From positions 1 to 34,625 of the IMG/VR virus record IMGVR_UViG_3300005805_000250: 34,625 bases of DNA; one strand, given 5' to 3'. This DNA is from a virus. Taxonomy: Duplodnaviria > Caudoviricetes. Under the pieces are notes generated by a model. That model ran no database searches, was not told the origin of the DNA, and saw only the letters and a program-made list of their open reading frames with translations. Position numbers and translations under genes: made by a program. Shown here piece by piece: positions 11,019 through 20,400 of this stretch. Positions within the stretch are counted from its first letter, which is position 1; each line of letters starts with the position of its first letter.

Positions 11019-11366
11019 TTAGCGAGTTACCTCTCCTCTGACAACAAATTTTCCTTCAAGAACTCTAGTCACAACACCTGTGCTAGTTTGAACAAATTCT
11101 AAATCATAAGTATGACGACCAGCAATTAAACCTGTAGTCTCTGTTGCAGTTAAAGTTAAAGTAACAACACCACCTGCTGAGAAAGATATTCTACTATTAG
11201 CAGTGGTCAATTCAATAAGAACAGTATCAGCATTAAGAAAAGAACGAACCTGCATTCTGGCTGTATAGTTGCCAACTAAATCCCAAGGGGTACCATCAGT
11301 CTTAATTGTAAAAGTTAGACTGAAAGTAGAACCCTGGTCACAGACCATATTGTATCTACCAGCCAT
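11019..11366 (-). CDS. Small beta-rich virion protein, likely a fibre-attachment domain
   Basis: DQGSTF...ARMQVR...YDLE...LEGKF pattern; immediately upstream of the collagen fibre. Confidence 0.55.
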   Translation of the reverse strand: MAGRYNMVCDQGSTFSLTFTIKTDGTPWDLVGNYTARMQVRSFLNADTVLIELTTANSRISFSAGGVVTLTLTATETTGLIAGRHTYDLEFVQTSTGVVTRVLEGKFVVRGEVTR

Positions 11367-11524
11367 TATTTTCCTTTTCTTGAAACAGCAGCGTTATCTA
11401 CTAGATTCGGATACTTCCTACCAGCAGCCTTAGCACGAGCCTTAGCACTTTTAATCTGTGTAGGTGTTAACTTTTTAGAAGTTTTCTTAGGGTTCTTCTT
11501 ATCCCAAAATGCTTTCTTTTTCAT
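11366..11524 (-). CDS. Small basic protein (52 aa)
   Basis: Hand translation MKKKAFWDKKNPKK...AGRKYPNLVDNAAVSRKGK; start and stop overlap both neighbours. Confidence 0.75.
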   Translation of the reverse strand: MKKKAFWDKKNPKKTSKKLTPTQIKSAKARAKAAGRKYPNLVDNAAVSRKGK

Positions 11525-11802
11525 TTGCAGTTACAGTCCCACGCTCTAAGTGATTTGTTTATACGTGAATTAGGGTCACGTGCCGTTTTAGAAGAAGTAC
11601 GTTTAGACTTCATACCACACATACGACTACAGAAAGACTTACGTCTTGATGCAGACTTAGGTGATTTTTTGGCTTGACCTGCTTTGACAGGAGGTTTAAG
11701 ATTCCCACCAGTTGCTTTATTGTATGAAGCACGACCTTTAGCGTTTAGTCCGCCTTTGGGATTCTTTCCTTCTTTACGTGTCCAAGCAGGTGATTTAGCC
11801 AT
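11521..11802 (-). CDS. Basic phage protein (possibly DUF6321-like)
   Basis: GGLNAKGRAS, RRKSFCSRM and SLRAWDC, a pattern I recognise from phage late regions. Confidence 0.7.
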   Translation of the reverse strand: MAKSPAWTRKEGKNPKGGLNAKGRASYNKATGGNLKPPVKAGQAKKSPKSASRRKSFCSRMCGMKSKRTSSKTARDPNSRINKSLRAWDCNCK

Positions 11803-11804
11803 TA

Positions 11805-12341
11805 CTATTTTTTCTTGTAATTTCTTGGAACAGAAACCCCAGCACCTAAGTTAGGCATTGATAATTTTCTTTTCTTTTTTGTAGTGCCTCTTGTACCGTA
11901 AACTGCAGCAGCAGCACCAACAGGACCAAACGGTGCAGCAGCAACGCCAACAACTTTACCAATAGTACGTGAAGTTTTACTACGGTCAGCCTTCATTTTT
12001 GCTGTAACAGCCTTTTGTTGTGCAGGAGTTAAATCAGCAAAACTTTGCCTATTAACAACTTTACCAGCAGCGTTACGTTTAACAACAGTTTTCTTTTTTA
12101 TTGTTGATTTAATAGGACCAGACATAACTTTAGATTTCTGAGAACCCTGAATACCACCAACAGGTTGAATTGAACGACCAGAACCAGCAGTAGCCTTGGC
12201 TACTCTTTTTGCTCCGTACATACGTTTAACTGCTTCTTGGTATTCTGCACTCCTACGAGTCTTTGCAGCGCCAAGAGCCTTGGTCATACCCATCTTTTTA
12301 ATTTCATCAATTGTTGATTGCTTAACTTTAATCTTTGCCAT
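11805..12341 (-). CDS. Lys/Ala-rich hypothetical protein
   Basis: 178-aa ORF tightly packed in the operon. Confidence 0.7.
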   Translation of the reverse strand: MAKIKVKQSTIDEIKKMGMTKALGAAKTRRSAEYQEAVKRMYGAKRVAKATAGSGRSIQPVGGIQGSQKSKVMSGPIKSTIKKKTVVKRNAAGKVVNRQSFADLTPAQQKAVTAKMKADRSKTSRTIGKVVGVAAAPFGPVGAAAAVYGTRGTTKKKRKLSMPNLGAGVSVPRNYKKK

Positions 12342-12343
12342 AG

Positions 12344-12487
12344 TTATTTACCCTTTGGTTTTTTTGGAACTGCTTTTTCAATGCTTGATGGCTTTGGTGC
12401 AATTGGCATACCCATTGGGTTATTGCCTTTAGCGTTAGCCATAGCGTGTTCTAGATTAGGATAGTTACATCCACAAGTTGTACACAT
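12344..12487 (-). CDS. Small protein with N-terminal CxxCxC (47 aa)
   Basis: Hand translation MCTTCGCNYPNLEHAM...PKKPKGK; fills the intergenic gap. Confidence 0.65.
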   Translation of the reverse strand: MCTTCGCNYPNLEHAMANAKGNNPMGMPIAPKPSSIEKAVPKKPKGK

Positions 12488-12488
12488 A

Positions 12489-12599
12489 TTATTTCTTCTT
12501 TCCTGTTTTCTTAATTTTGACTTTTGATTTTTTCTTTGAATCCATCTTTGACATCATACTCATCATCTTTTTATTTTGCATTTTTTTACTACCGTACAT
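12489..12599 (-). CDS. Lys/Met-rich peptide (36 aa)
   Basis: Hand translation MYGSKKMQNKKMMSMMSKMDSKKKSKVKIKKTGKKK, with GGAG upstream. Confidence 0.6.
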   Translation of the reverse strand: MYGSKKMQNKKMMSMMSKMDSKKKSKVKIKKTGKKK

Positions 12600-12600
12600 A

Positions 12601-12852
12601 TTATGCTCCGTATGCTTGACCTGTTTTGTTTGATACATCTATTGCCCTACGTATATCTTTCGTCTTAGTGGTATCAGGTTGAATACCCTGCGACCTAGCC
12701 GAACGATACAACGCAAGTTCATTGTCCCATTTTTTAGAGGACATATCCATCCTACTCGTTGCTTCCCCAGCGTTCAAATCAACAGTGGAAGCCTTGCAAC
12801 CAAAACATCCCTCAACGAACTCTGGATGTTTTCTAATTCTGTGTAAACTCAT
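12601..12852 (-). CDS. Hypothetical protein with an H-H-CxxC putative metal site
   Basis: HRIRKHPEFVEGCFGCK. Confidence 0.7.
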   Translation of the reverse strand: MSLHRIRKHPEFVEGCFGCKASTVDLNAGEATSRMDMSSKKWDNELALYRSARSQGIQPDTTKTKDIRRAIDVSNKTGQAYGA

Positions 12853-13126
12853 TTTTTGTCCCTAACACTTTTTCAATTCTATCAATAGCATCCTTCATAG
12901 AAGAACCACCATTGTGGCTTAATTCGCCATCAAGTCTATTTAATCTTTCCATCACACTTGGAACAGGGTCTCTACCTGGACCACCAGGCTCGCCTTCCCA
13001 ATCGCGGCGAAATTTTTCCAACCATTCCATCATAGAACGAGTCTTTCGAACTGTTGGGGCAATCACAAAAAACACAGAAGCAATTGCTGATGCAGTCGCA
13101 CCTGCGACCAGAATGTTTTCTATCAT
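12833..13126 (-). CDS. Membrane-anchored hypothetical protein
   Basis: N-terminal TM helix; NGGSSMKDAIDRIE resembles a motif in actinophage membrane proteins. Confidence 0.7.
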   Translation of the reverse strand: MIENILVAGATASAIASVFFVIAPTVRKTRSMMEWLEKFRRDWEGEPGGPGRDPVPSVMERLNRLDGELSHNGGSSMKDAIDRIEKVLGTKNEFTQN

Positions 13127-13380
13127 CCTTCAAAGTTACTTTCAGTAATGCCGATGCCAGCGTTAATAAGTGCAGTCTTTTGGTTTGATGTAACATCGTG
13201 TTCGTGTCCCCCAGCGTAGTATTCTGTTGAAGAATCTATTTGGTCAGTTGATGGAACTCTAAGTTTGTAATACTTATTACCAATTTTTAATACACTAATA
13301 CCACGAGTTAACTTGTAACGATAGAATAGACCAAACCCTGCTGGTCCTTCTTCAACTGTGGGTGGAAAAAATGTTGGCAA
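13123..13380 (-). CDS. Hypothetical virion-associated protein
   Basis: AGGAG RBS and TTG start directly after the capsid gene. Confidence 0.65.
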   Translation of the reverse strand: MPTFFPPTVEEGPAGFGLFYRYKLTRGISVLKIGNKYYKLRVPSTDQIDSSTEYYAGGHEHDVTSNQKTALINAGIGITESNFEG

Positions 13381-13400
13381 TTTAAACTCCTATTAGTGTT

Positions 13401-13426
13401 GTAGCCCCCAGTTACCCAGGGGCTAC
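13401..13426 (-). terminator. GC-rich hairpin after the capsid gene (terminator or mRNA stabiliser)
   Basis: GTAGCCCC-N10-GGGGCTAC, 8-bp stem; no U-tract. Confidence 0.55.
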
Positions 13427-13441
13427 TTGCATTAGTTGAAC

Positions 13442-14467
13442 TTATGCAGCGTTAATGCTGGATGAAGATTCAATGCGGTACAAGGCTTCTTCGCGATAAC
13501 GCTTGAAACCAAGAACTCCGTACCAACCAATTGGGCGCAAGCGCATCAATTTGTCAGTAACGTTTCCGATAACCACGTGTGGTTCTTCAGCAACTGCTTC
13601 AGCAAGTGCTTGTTGACCAGCAAGGATTGTACGGAACACGCGTGCACTTGAAAGCCCATCAGTGGCGTTGTACATACGTGGTGATTCGATGAAGTATGCA
13701 CCTTCGAAGTTACCAATTTCTCCTGCCCAAATTTCAGCATTTGATTGGTATTCGTGAGGCAATCTCCAAGAGGCTGCGCCTGTTTCAGCACGAAGGTCGT
13801 GTGAAACTTCTGGATGTATTGCACACCAGTATAGGCTACCTTTACGAGCAACTGCTTTACCTGCACGTAGTTTTGCAACTGCGAGACGGATATCGGCTGC
13901 TTTCAAAGTGTGTCCAGCAGTAACGTTTGTTGTTGCTGTTGCACGAACACCTGAAGCGTTGCTTGCGTAGATGACGTTTGTTCCACCGCGAAGTTCGGTT
14001 TGAACAACTTCATCAATTGAGTCAGCCATATTGAACGCAACGATATTTGCAATCGCTGGGTCAACCTCAGCAAGTGACATCAATTGCAGTTTGCGTGTGG
14101 TCAATACTGCGTTACCGTATTCGTTAAGAACAACGGTTACAGCAGATGGTGTACCAATCGCTACTGAATCAGGGTCAACTTGCTCTGATAGTGGAGTTGT
14201 TGCTTTTGTTAGGTCATTGTAGATTTGGAATACTACAGATGAACCTGGCATTGATTGACGTGCTGGACGTTTGTCAGCGACTGAACGTAGTAATGGTTGA
14301 GAGCGAAGTGCGAACTCAACTAGACGGTCATAAGCCTTTTGAACGAGACCTGCACCATTAGATGGTGTAAAGGTTCCTACGTTGTCTGCGCTTGTATATT
14401 GACCGCCACCAAGACCACCGTTAGTTGTTGCAACGCCGCCAGATAGTGCGGAAAATGCATTTGACAT
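13442..14467 (-). CDS. Major capsid protein (HK97 fold, probably N4-gp56-like)
   Basis: 341 aa after the scaffold gene; EYGNAV, IHPEVSHDL, GEIG and GWYG motifs; AAGGA RBS. Confidence 0.9.
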   Translation of the reverse strand: MSNAFSALSGGVATTNGGLGGGQYTSADNVGTFTPSNGAGLVQKAYDRLVEFALRSQPLLRSVADKRPARQSMPGSSVVFQIYNDLTKATTPLSEQVDPDSVAIGTPSAVTVVLNEYGNAVLTTRKLQLMSLAEVDPAIANIVAFNMADSIDEVVQTELRGGTNVIYASNASGVRATATTNVTAGHTLKAADIRLAVAKLRAGKAVARKGSLYWCAIHPEVSHDLRAETGAASWRLPHEYQSNAEIWAGEIGNFEGAYFIESPRMYNATDGLSSARVFRTILAGQQALAEAVAEEPHVVIGNVTDKLMRLRPIGWYGVLGFKRYREEALYRIESSSSINAA

Positions 14468-14499
14468 TTCGGTTTATTTCCTTAGTTAGTAGTTAGAGC

Positions 14500-14991
14500 C
14501 TAAATCTCTCCACCTTGTTGGAAAATCATATTTGTGATTTCTTCAGCAGATTCTGCATTTTGTAATCTCAAATAAATATCATCCAAGCCAGCAGGAGACT
14601 GGGCATTAGCAGTAACAGAATCAATTTGTCTGAGAGCAGCCAAGTTTGGTTGTGCCTCAGAGGGCGATTGTACTGTTAATCCAAAAACATCAGCATTTTC
14701 CTGAATCCAGTTATCTAACGCTTCAGGTGAAGCATCAATATCTGCAGGAATAAATTTTGCTATTTTTGGTGTTACGCCCTTGCTTTCAAGAACAGACTTG
14801 ATAACATTCTGACGTTGTTCGGATTTGATACCAGACAATTGTGTTTCCATTTCGGAAAGAATCTTTGTCTTAGTTTTTAGTTCCTTGCGAAGTTGCTTTA
14901 GCAAATCGCTGTCAGAACCTTGACGTTGCTTAGAATCTTCCAATTCTAAATCCTCGTCTTCATCATCCCATTCTTGATAATTGTTGCTCAT
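14500..14991 (-). CDS. Capsid scaffolding protein
   Basis: Acidic N-terminus and coiled coil, immediately upstream of the capsid gene. Confidence 0.75.
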   Translation of the reverse strand: MSNNYQEWDDEDEDLELEDSKQRQGSDSDLLKQLRKELKTKTKILSEMETQLSGIKSEQRQNVIKSVLESKGVTPKIAKFIPADIDASPEALDNWIQENADVFGLTVQSPSEAQPNLAALRQIDSVTANAQSPAGLDDIYLRLQNAESAEEITNMIFQQGGEI

Positions 14992-15021
14992 CGCAACGCT
15001 CCCATTCTATTGTTGTTAGTC

Positions 15022-15108
15022 GCAAGCCTCACGTCAAATCTGGGGGGACTTGGGTGGCTCTTGCTACCAGTCTTGTTACTCTCGTAGGGGCTGGTGGGTC
15101 CTACTGAG
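15022..15108 (-). promoter_or_regulatory. Structured RNA leader (pseudoknot plus hairpin) of the scaffold gene
   Basis: Stem 15081-88/15100-08, with its loop (15091-95) complementary to 15066-70; second bulged hairpin 15022-15064. Confidence 0.6.
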
Positions 15109-15111
15109 GGC

Positions 15112-16362
15112 TTAAATGGCGCCTGTTGATTGCTGCGCTAATGATGCAGTTGTAGTACCTGCACTACCACCAAATGTGGCTTTTTCTCTCTCTTGAAGTC
15201 TTTTACGACGTTGTGATTGTAAACCAAAAAATGCTTCCTGCTGAAGTTCACTTGAAAGATTACCTGTATCTTCACCGTAAATGTTTGCAAGTTTTTCAGT
15301 AGTTGGCATTGTTTGAGCAAGTTCACCAAAAGCCTTTTTAGAGGTACCATACACATCATAAGTTTTTGCTGTCTCTAATTGCTTTTGTAAACTTGAAATA
15401 TTTTCTTCAGCCAATGTCATACCAGAAGTTAATGCAGCAGTTTTAATCTGTGCCTTCTCAATATTACGCACTAAGTCTTGGGCTGAAGTTCCACCCATTA
15501 ACAATGCTGATGCCAACTGGGTACGTTGAATATTAGGGTCCCCAATACCATAACCTGTTAAATAATTACCAATTTGTTCACGAAGTTGTGGGTCAGCGTT
15601 ATCAATTTTAGTAAACACGTTTTGAATACGGTCTTGTGTTTCAGCAGGTGAAACAGCACCACCGATAAGTTTTGCAAAAGTATCAGCGCTTGCTAATGTT
15701 TCTAAACCTGATTGTGCAAGAAGGTCACGATAGGTTTGTTCTGCTTGAAGGTATTCTGCTTCAGAGTAAGCAAATAAACCTTTTGCTCTACGACCTTCGT
15801 TACCAAGAAATCTTTGTTTGTATTCTGGGGTTTGACGAAGTTGAATAACTGCTTCATCATCAGATAAACCTTGTTGCATAAAATTTTTAATAACAGGAAC
15901 AAGTGAACCTAAACCATAAGAGTTGAAAGTGTCTTCAAGTATTTTGAAAGCACTTACACGATTTGCTTCATCTCTTCTTAAAAGTTCAGCAGTAGCAGGG
16001 TCAGTTGTTTGCCCAGAACCACGACCACCAGCAATAATTTCTATAGTTCCATCACTGTATCTTCTAGTGATTGTTCCATCACCATTATCAGTATCTGTAA
16101 AAGTTAAAGGTTTATTACCACCAGTGTTGCCACCACCACCACCACCGCCGCCACCTGGTTTATTACCTGCAGAACCAGTTGGTTGAGGTCTAGTACCTGG
16201 TCTACCTGGAGGAAGAATACCTGGTTGAGGTTTAATAGCAGAAGGAACAGTAGGACTTGGTTTAGGTTTTTGTAAATAACCACTACCTGGACCAATAGGG
16301 GAACCAGTTGGTTTATTAGGTTTAGGTGTTATTACTGGACCAGGAACTTTTTTAGGTGCCAT
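15112..16362 (-). CDS. Putative internal virion/ejection protein
   Basis: Pro/Gly-rich N-terminus including G9, then a helical body; lies between portal and scaffold. Confidence 0.55.
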   Translation of the reverse strand: MAPKKVPGPVITPKPNKPTGSPIGPGSGYLQKPKPSPTVPSAIKPQPGILPPGRPGTRPQPTGSAGNKPGGGGGGGGGNTGGNKPLTFTDTDNGDGTITRRYSDGTIEIIAGGRGSGQTTDPATAELLRRDEANRVSAFKILEDTFNSYGLGSLVPVIKNFMQQGLSDDEAVIQLRQTPEYKQRFLGNEGRRAKGLFAYSEAEYLQAEQTYRDLLAQSGLETLASADTFAKLIGGAVSPAETQDRIQNVFTKIDNADPQLREQIGNYLTGYGIGDPNIQRTQLASALLMGGTSAQDLVRNIEKAQIKTAALTSGMTLAEENISSLQKQLETAKTYDVYGTSKKAFGELAQTMPTTEKLANIYGEDTGNLSSELQQEAFFGLQSQRRKRLQEREKATFGGSAGTTTASLAQQSTGAI

Positions 16363-16366
16363 CTAT

Positions 16367-17485
16367 TTACACCATCCCAAATCTAGAAAGAATATTATTA
16401 ATAAAATCAGCGCCTTTTTCTTTAGCGTTTTTAGTGTACTGCCATAAAGGACTTTGACGCATTCTGTTATCAAAATCTCCTATAGTTTCTAAAACTTGAC
16501 CACTAATAGCGCGAGTAACATCATTATCAAAAAGATTTATAGACTCAATAGGAATTTCAAGAAGTTGCGCTTTTCTAACAATATATTGTGAAGCAATTTC
16601 TCTAGGATTTACACCTTGGTCAATAAACGGTGCTAGACTAGGATATCTTGCTTTAGAAATATTTTTTAATTTTTCAGTAATAAAATCAAGTTTACCATCT
16701 TTTAAATATTGCATTGCATAACCACGAATATCAGCATCAGGAATAACAACACCATAATCACTAGCAAATTTACGAATAGCAGTTAAACCAGCATTTAACG
16801 CTGGACCAGCATTAGGAATACCCTGTTGCTTTTCAAGAGCCTTACCAACAAAATCTAATGCTAGTGCTTCTCTATCTTCTTTAGTAGCAACACCACCAAC
16901 AGTAGTTGTTGTAGCATTACCAGCAGCATCGCGAGTAGTAATAGTTCTTGCTGAAAGATTTTTCTCTAAAGCACCCAACGCTTTAGTGAAAGCATTAACT
17001 TCTTTAACACCAGGAAGTACACCAAGATAATCTCTAAAAGCAGAAGTAATAATTTGCGCTGCCTCAGAAGAAGTACTTTGCTGACGGGAAGTAGTAGTAC
17101 GGGTACCAACACCTTGTTCTGCTGCTGTACCTAATCTTGCTGTTGCATAAGTACCAAAATCTTTTTCAGGAGCCAAATAAAAATCTGTTAATAAATTATT
17201 ATAACCCTTTTCAACAGAAGCCCTAGAAGGATTTTTACCTGAAACTAAACCAAGTCTTTTAAGAAGTTCAACAGTGCTTCTGTACTCTGTTTGGTCAGAA
17301 GAACCACGACTGCGTCTAAAGTCTGCTAATAAACTAGCCTTATCAATTCCTCTACCGTTAACAATTTTTTTATTACCATAACCAGATTGACCTGCAGCAT
17401 TAGCAGCCATCTGGTTATAATCTGGAAGCATAGTAGCAAAACTTCCACCAGCAACAGGTGCTGGTGGCATAGGGGAAACTGTCAT
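16367..17485 (-). CDS. Putative internal virion/ejection protein
   Basis: 372-aa helical ORF in the structural operon; function from context. Confidence 0.5.
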   Translation of the reverse strand: MTVSPMPPAPVAGGSFATMLPDYNQMAANAAGQSGYGNKKIVNGRGIDKASLLADFRRSRGSSDQTEYRSTVELLKRLGLVSGKNPSRASVEKGYNNLLTDFYLAPEKDFGTYATARLGTAAEQGVGTRTTTSRQQSTSSEAAQIITSAFRDYLGVLPGVKEVNAFTKALGALEKNLSARTITTRDAAGNATTTTVGGVATKEDREALALDFVGKALEKQQGIPNAGPALNAGLTAIRKFASDYGVVIPDADIRGYAMQYLKDGKLDFITEKLKNISKARYPSLAPFIDQGVNPREIASQYIVRKAQLLEIPIESINLFDNDVTRAISGQVLETIGDFDNRMRQSPLWQYTKNAKEKGADFINNILSRFGMV

Positions 17486-20400
17486 TATCTAATTGGCTCC
17501 AATGGGTCTGCTTCAAGGAATCTGTCATACCAAGAAGAAAATTGCGTATTGTTTCTTTTCAAAGTAGTAACGTAATTATCCCAAAGTTCTTGCAAATCAG
17601 CATTCTCATCAGATGAGATAGTGCCACTCATACCTTGTTCTTTACGTTGCGCTAGTTGTAACATCAAAGTATCTCTTGAATCCATATAATCCTGCATTAC
17701 CGCCCAAGCAGGTTTATTATCTTCAGGAAGACTACCTATAAACTTTTCATTCTGTAAAATTTTATCAATACCAGTAAGTGTTTCTTTCCATTTACCGATA
17801 GTGAAAGACATTCTATCATCTGCCCATTCAGGATATTTATCACTGATTAACTTGATAGCATTTTGCTTCATTTCAGCAAGTGGTCTACCTTCAGCAGAAT
17901 TTAAAGAAGTAATACCAGTTGCTTCCATCTGAGCATTAATAGCATTAGATAGTTTATTGTATTCAATCCAACCAGCACGAACATCTTGTCTTTTAACTTC
18001 AGACAAAGGGTCCAACTGACCACGAAACGATTCTTTACTACCAGGAACAGGAGAGTTTTTTATCTGCCAAACATAAACTGCTTGGTCAAACTCACTTTCA
18101 ACCTGACCATTATTGGTAATAAGTTGAATTAAATATGGGTTATCTTGATAAACATCTGAAACTAAATTACGATTAGTTTTAGCATTATAAACTGCTTTAG
18201 TTGTAAAATCCATACCAGTTGTTGCACTGCTACCTGAATAGGCAAGAGTGAAATAATCTGGGTAATCTTCGTAAAATCTTTGAGCAGGGGTTTTACCGTT
18301 AAGTTCACCTTCTGCTTTATACTTGTTCCACATTCTAATATATGGTTCATATTCTGAAGTAAACCTAGGTTGAAAAGGAAGAGTTAAAGAAGCAACGAAA
18401 CGCAATGTCATCATTGCATCATTCTTACGTCTTATTTCATCAAACTGTGGTTCATCTGCTCTTTTACCTTCACGCCATCTTTGACGTTCAGTTGCATAAA
18501 TACCTTGAAGTTGATTTAAATAATCTTTATCTTTAGTTCCAAACATTAAAGATTTCATTCTTCTTAACTGAGAAGAAAAAATAATATCCATTGTATTTTC
18601 AGTTGGACCAAGTGGAAGAATAGCATCTAACACACCACGTGCTGGTACATAAAAACCAAATTGTTCACTTAATTGTTCATTAATATCTGGACTGTTTTTA
18701 ACAATTGCAGAAGCAGGAACTTGAGCAATAGGACCAAAACCTGGACTCCACCAAGGCTCACCCTGAAACATTAAGTTTAAAGAATTTTTAGGGAACTGCA
18801 TAGTGGTATTATTGCTAGTATATTTTTTTAACCAATCAGGCATAACTTCACCTAATTGTAAAGAAATCCAAGTATCACCACTGCGTGGGTCTTTTTCGGT
18901 GAAACCTGCACGGTCTGGTGAACTCCATATTAGATTTGCACGACCAAGAACATTTGGGTTTTCGTAAGCAAGTCTGCCCCAAGTACGCATAGTATTTGAA
19001 TATGCTGCAAAGAATGGGGAAACGTAAGACATTAACGCTGTAGGTCCACCATATCTATTAATGGTGTAAGCAGTTGCTTCCATTTCTTTTCTAGCCATAC
19101 GGTGAGCAGTTTGTTCTAAGTTACGAAATTCGTTATTAGATAAACCTTTTCGCACAGCATCTTTACCATATCCTGCAACTTTACGGTCAACTAATTCATT
19201 CATTGACTTGCGGTAAACAGCAGCATATAAAGGATGGCGAACCATAACATCTTCAGGTAAAGCACCAAGGCGTTTAAATAAACGTGCTGTTATTTCTTGA
19301 TACTTTTGCCAAACAGTTTTAGCATCATCTAAACCAAACATTTCACCGTGAATAGGTGACAAATCGGCTCTGCCTTGTAAAGTATTACGAATTTCATTCA
19401 TAGTAAGTTCGCGTTTAGACATTTCTTTACGCAACGCTTCATCAGGGAAAGCACTTTGAACGTTTATTTCTTGTCTTGCAATCCATTCCCTTGCAGAACT
19501 AGCGTCTTGTCCACTGTTTAATAAATCTGTACGAAGTTTATTGTTAGTTTTAACTGCAGCAACAATTTCATCAACACTGTTACCTGCAAGAAGCATACGT
19601 GTTACTTCATCGTTTCGGTATTGACGGTGAACAACGAATGCAGCATTCCAATATTCTGGTGATGCTTTCTTTCTACCAGGTGTAGCAATTAACTTACCAG
19701 TAGCATCATAAGTAGGTGGGTCAATTTTACCAAAACCCTTACTTGTTAAAGTCCCATCAAGTTGAATTTTAGATATAGCGTTCTGTGATTGTAATTCAAC
19801 AGCAGTACGTTTGGCTGCAGATGAAGAGTTTCTAGCATACAAACCAAGGTCGCCAGTAAAAGCATCATTAATCATCAAACCATCGTGATTGTATGCGCCA
19901 CTAAATTTATTAACACGCACATTTCTTGCATATTTTGCATCAAAGTCTTGTGCTTCTTTAAACATTCTATCAACAATAGCAGATTTGTTTTTTAAATCCA
20001 CTTCTAATCTTTTGATATCATTTTTGATAGCAGTTTTTTGAGATTTTAAAGTAGCCTTAGTAAGATTTTCTTTTGCAGCATTTAAAGTGTTTGTAACATT
20101 ATTAACTTCTGCGCGTGCAACAATTAAACTTCTTGATTGCATATCTTTTAGTTCGGCAAAACTAGCATAGTTTTTAGCCAAGCCTTGTTCTTTACTTCCT
20201 TGGCGAATTAATGCTTTTTCAGTAATATGTCTATATCTAACGTCTTTAATGGTATCTCTAAAACTTAATCCAACATATTTCAAATATTCACTTGCTGAAC
20301 CAAGGTAAGCCATAGCACGTAAAGAACCTTCGGTTACGTTACGAACAGTGTAACCTAAACGTAAAAGAACAGATGGTTTCCAAATATAGTTAAACATATC

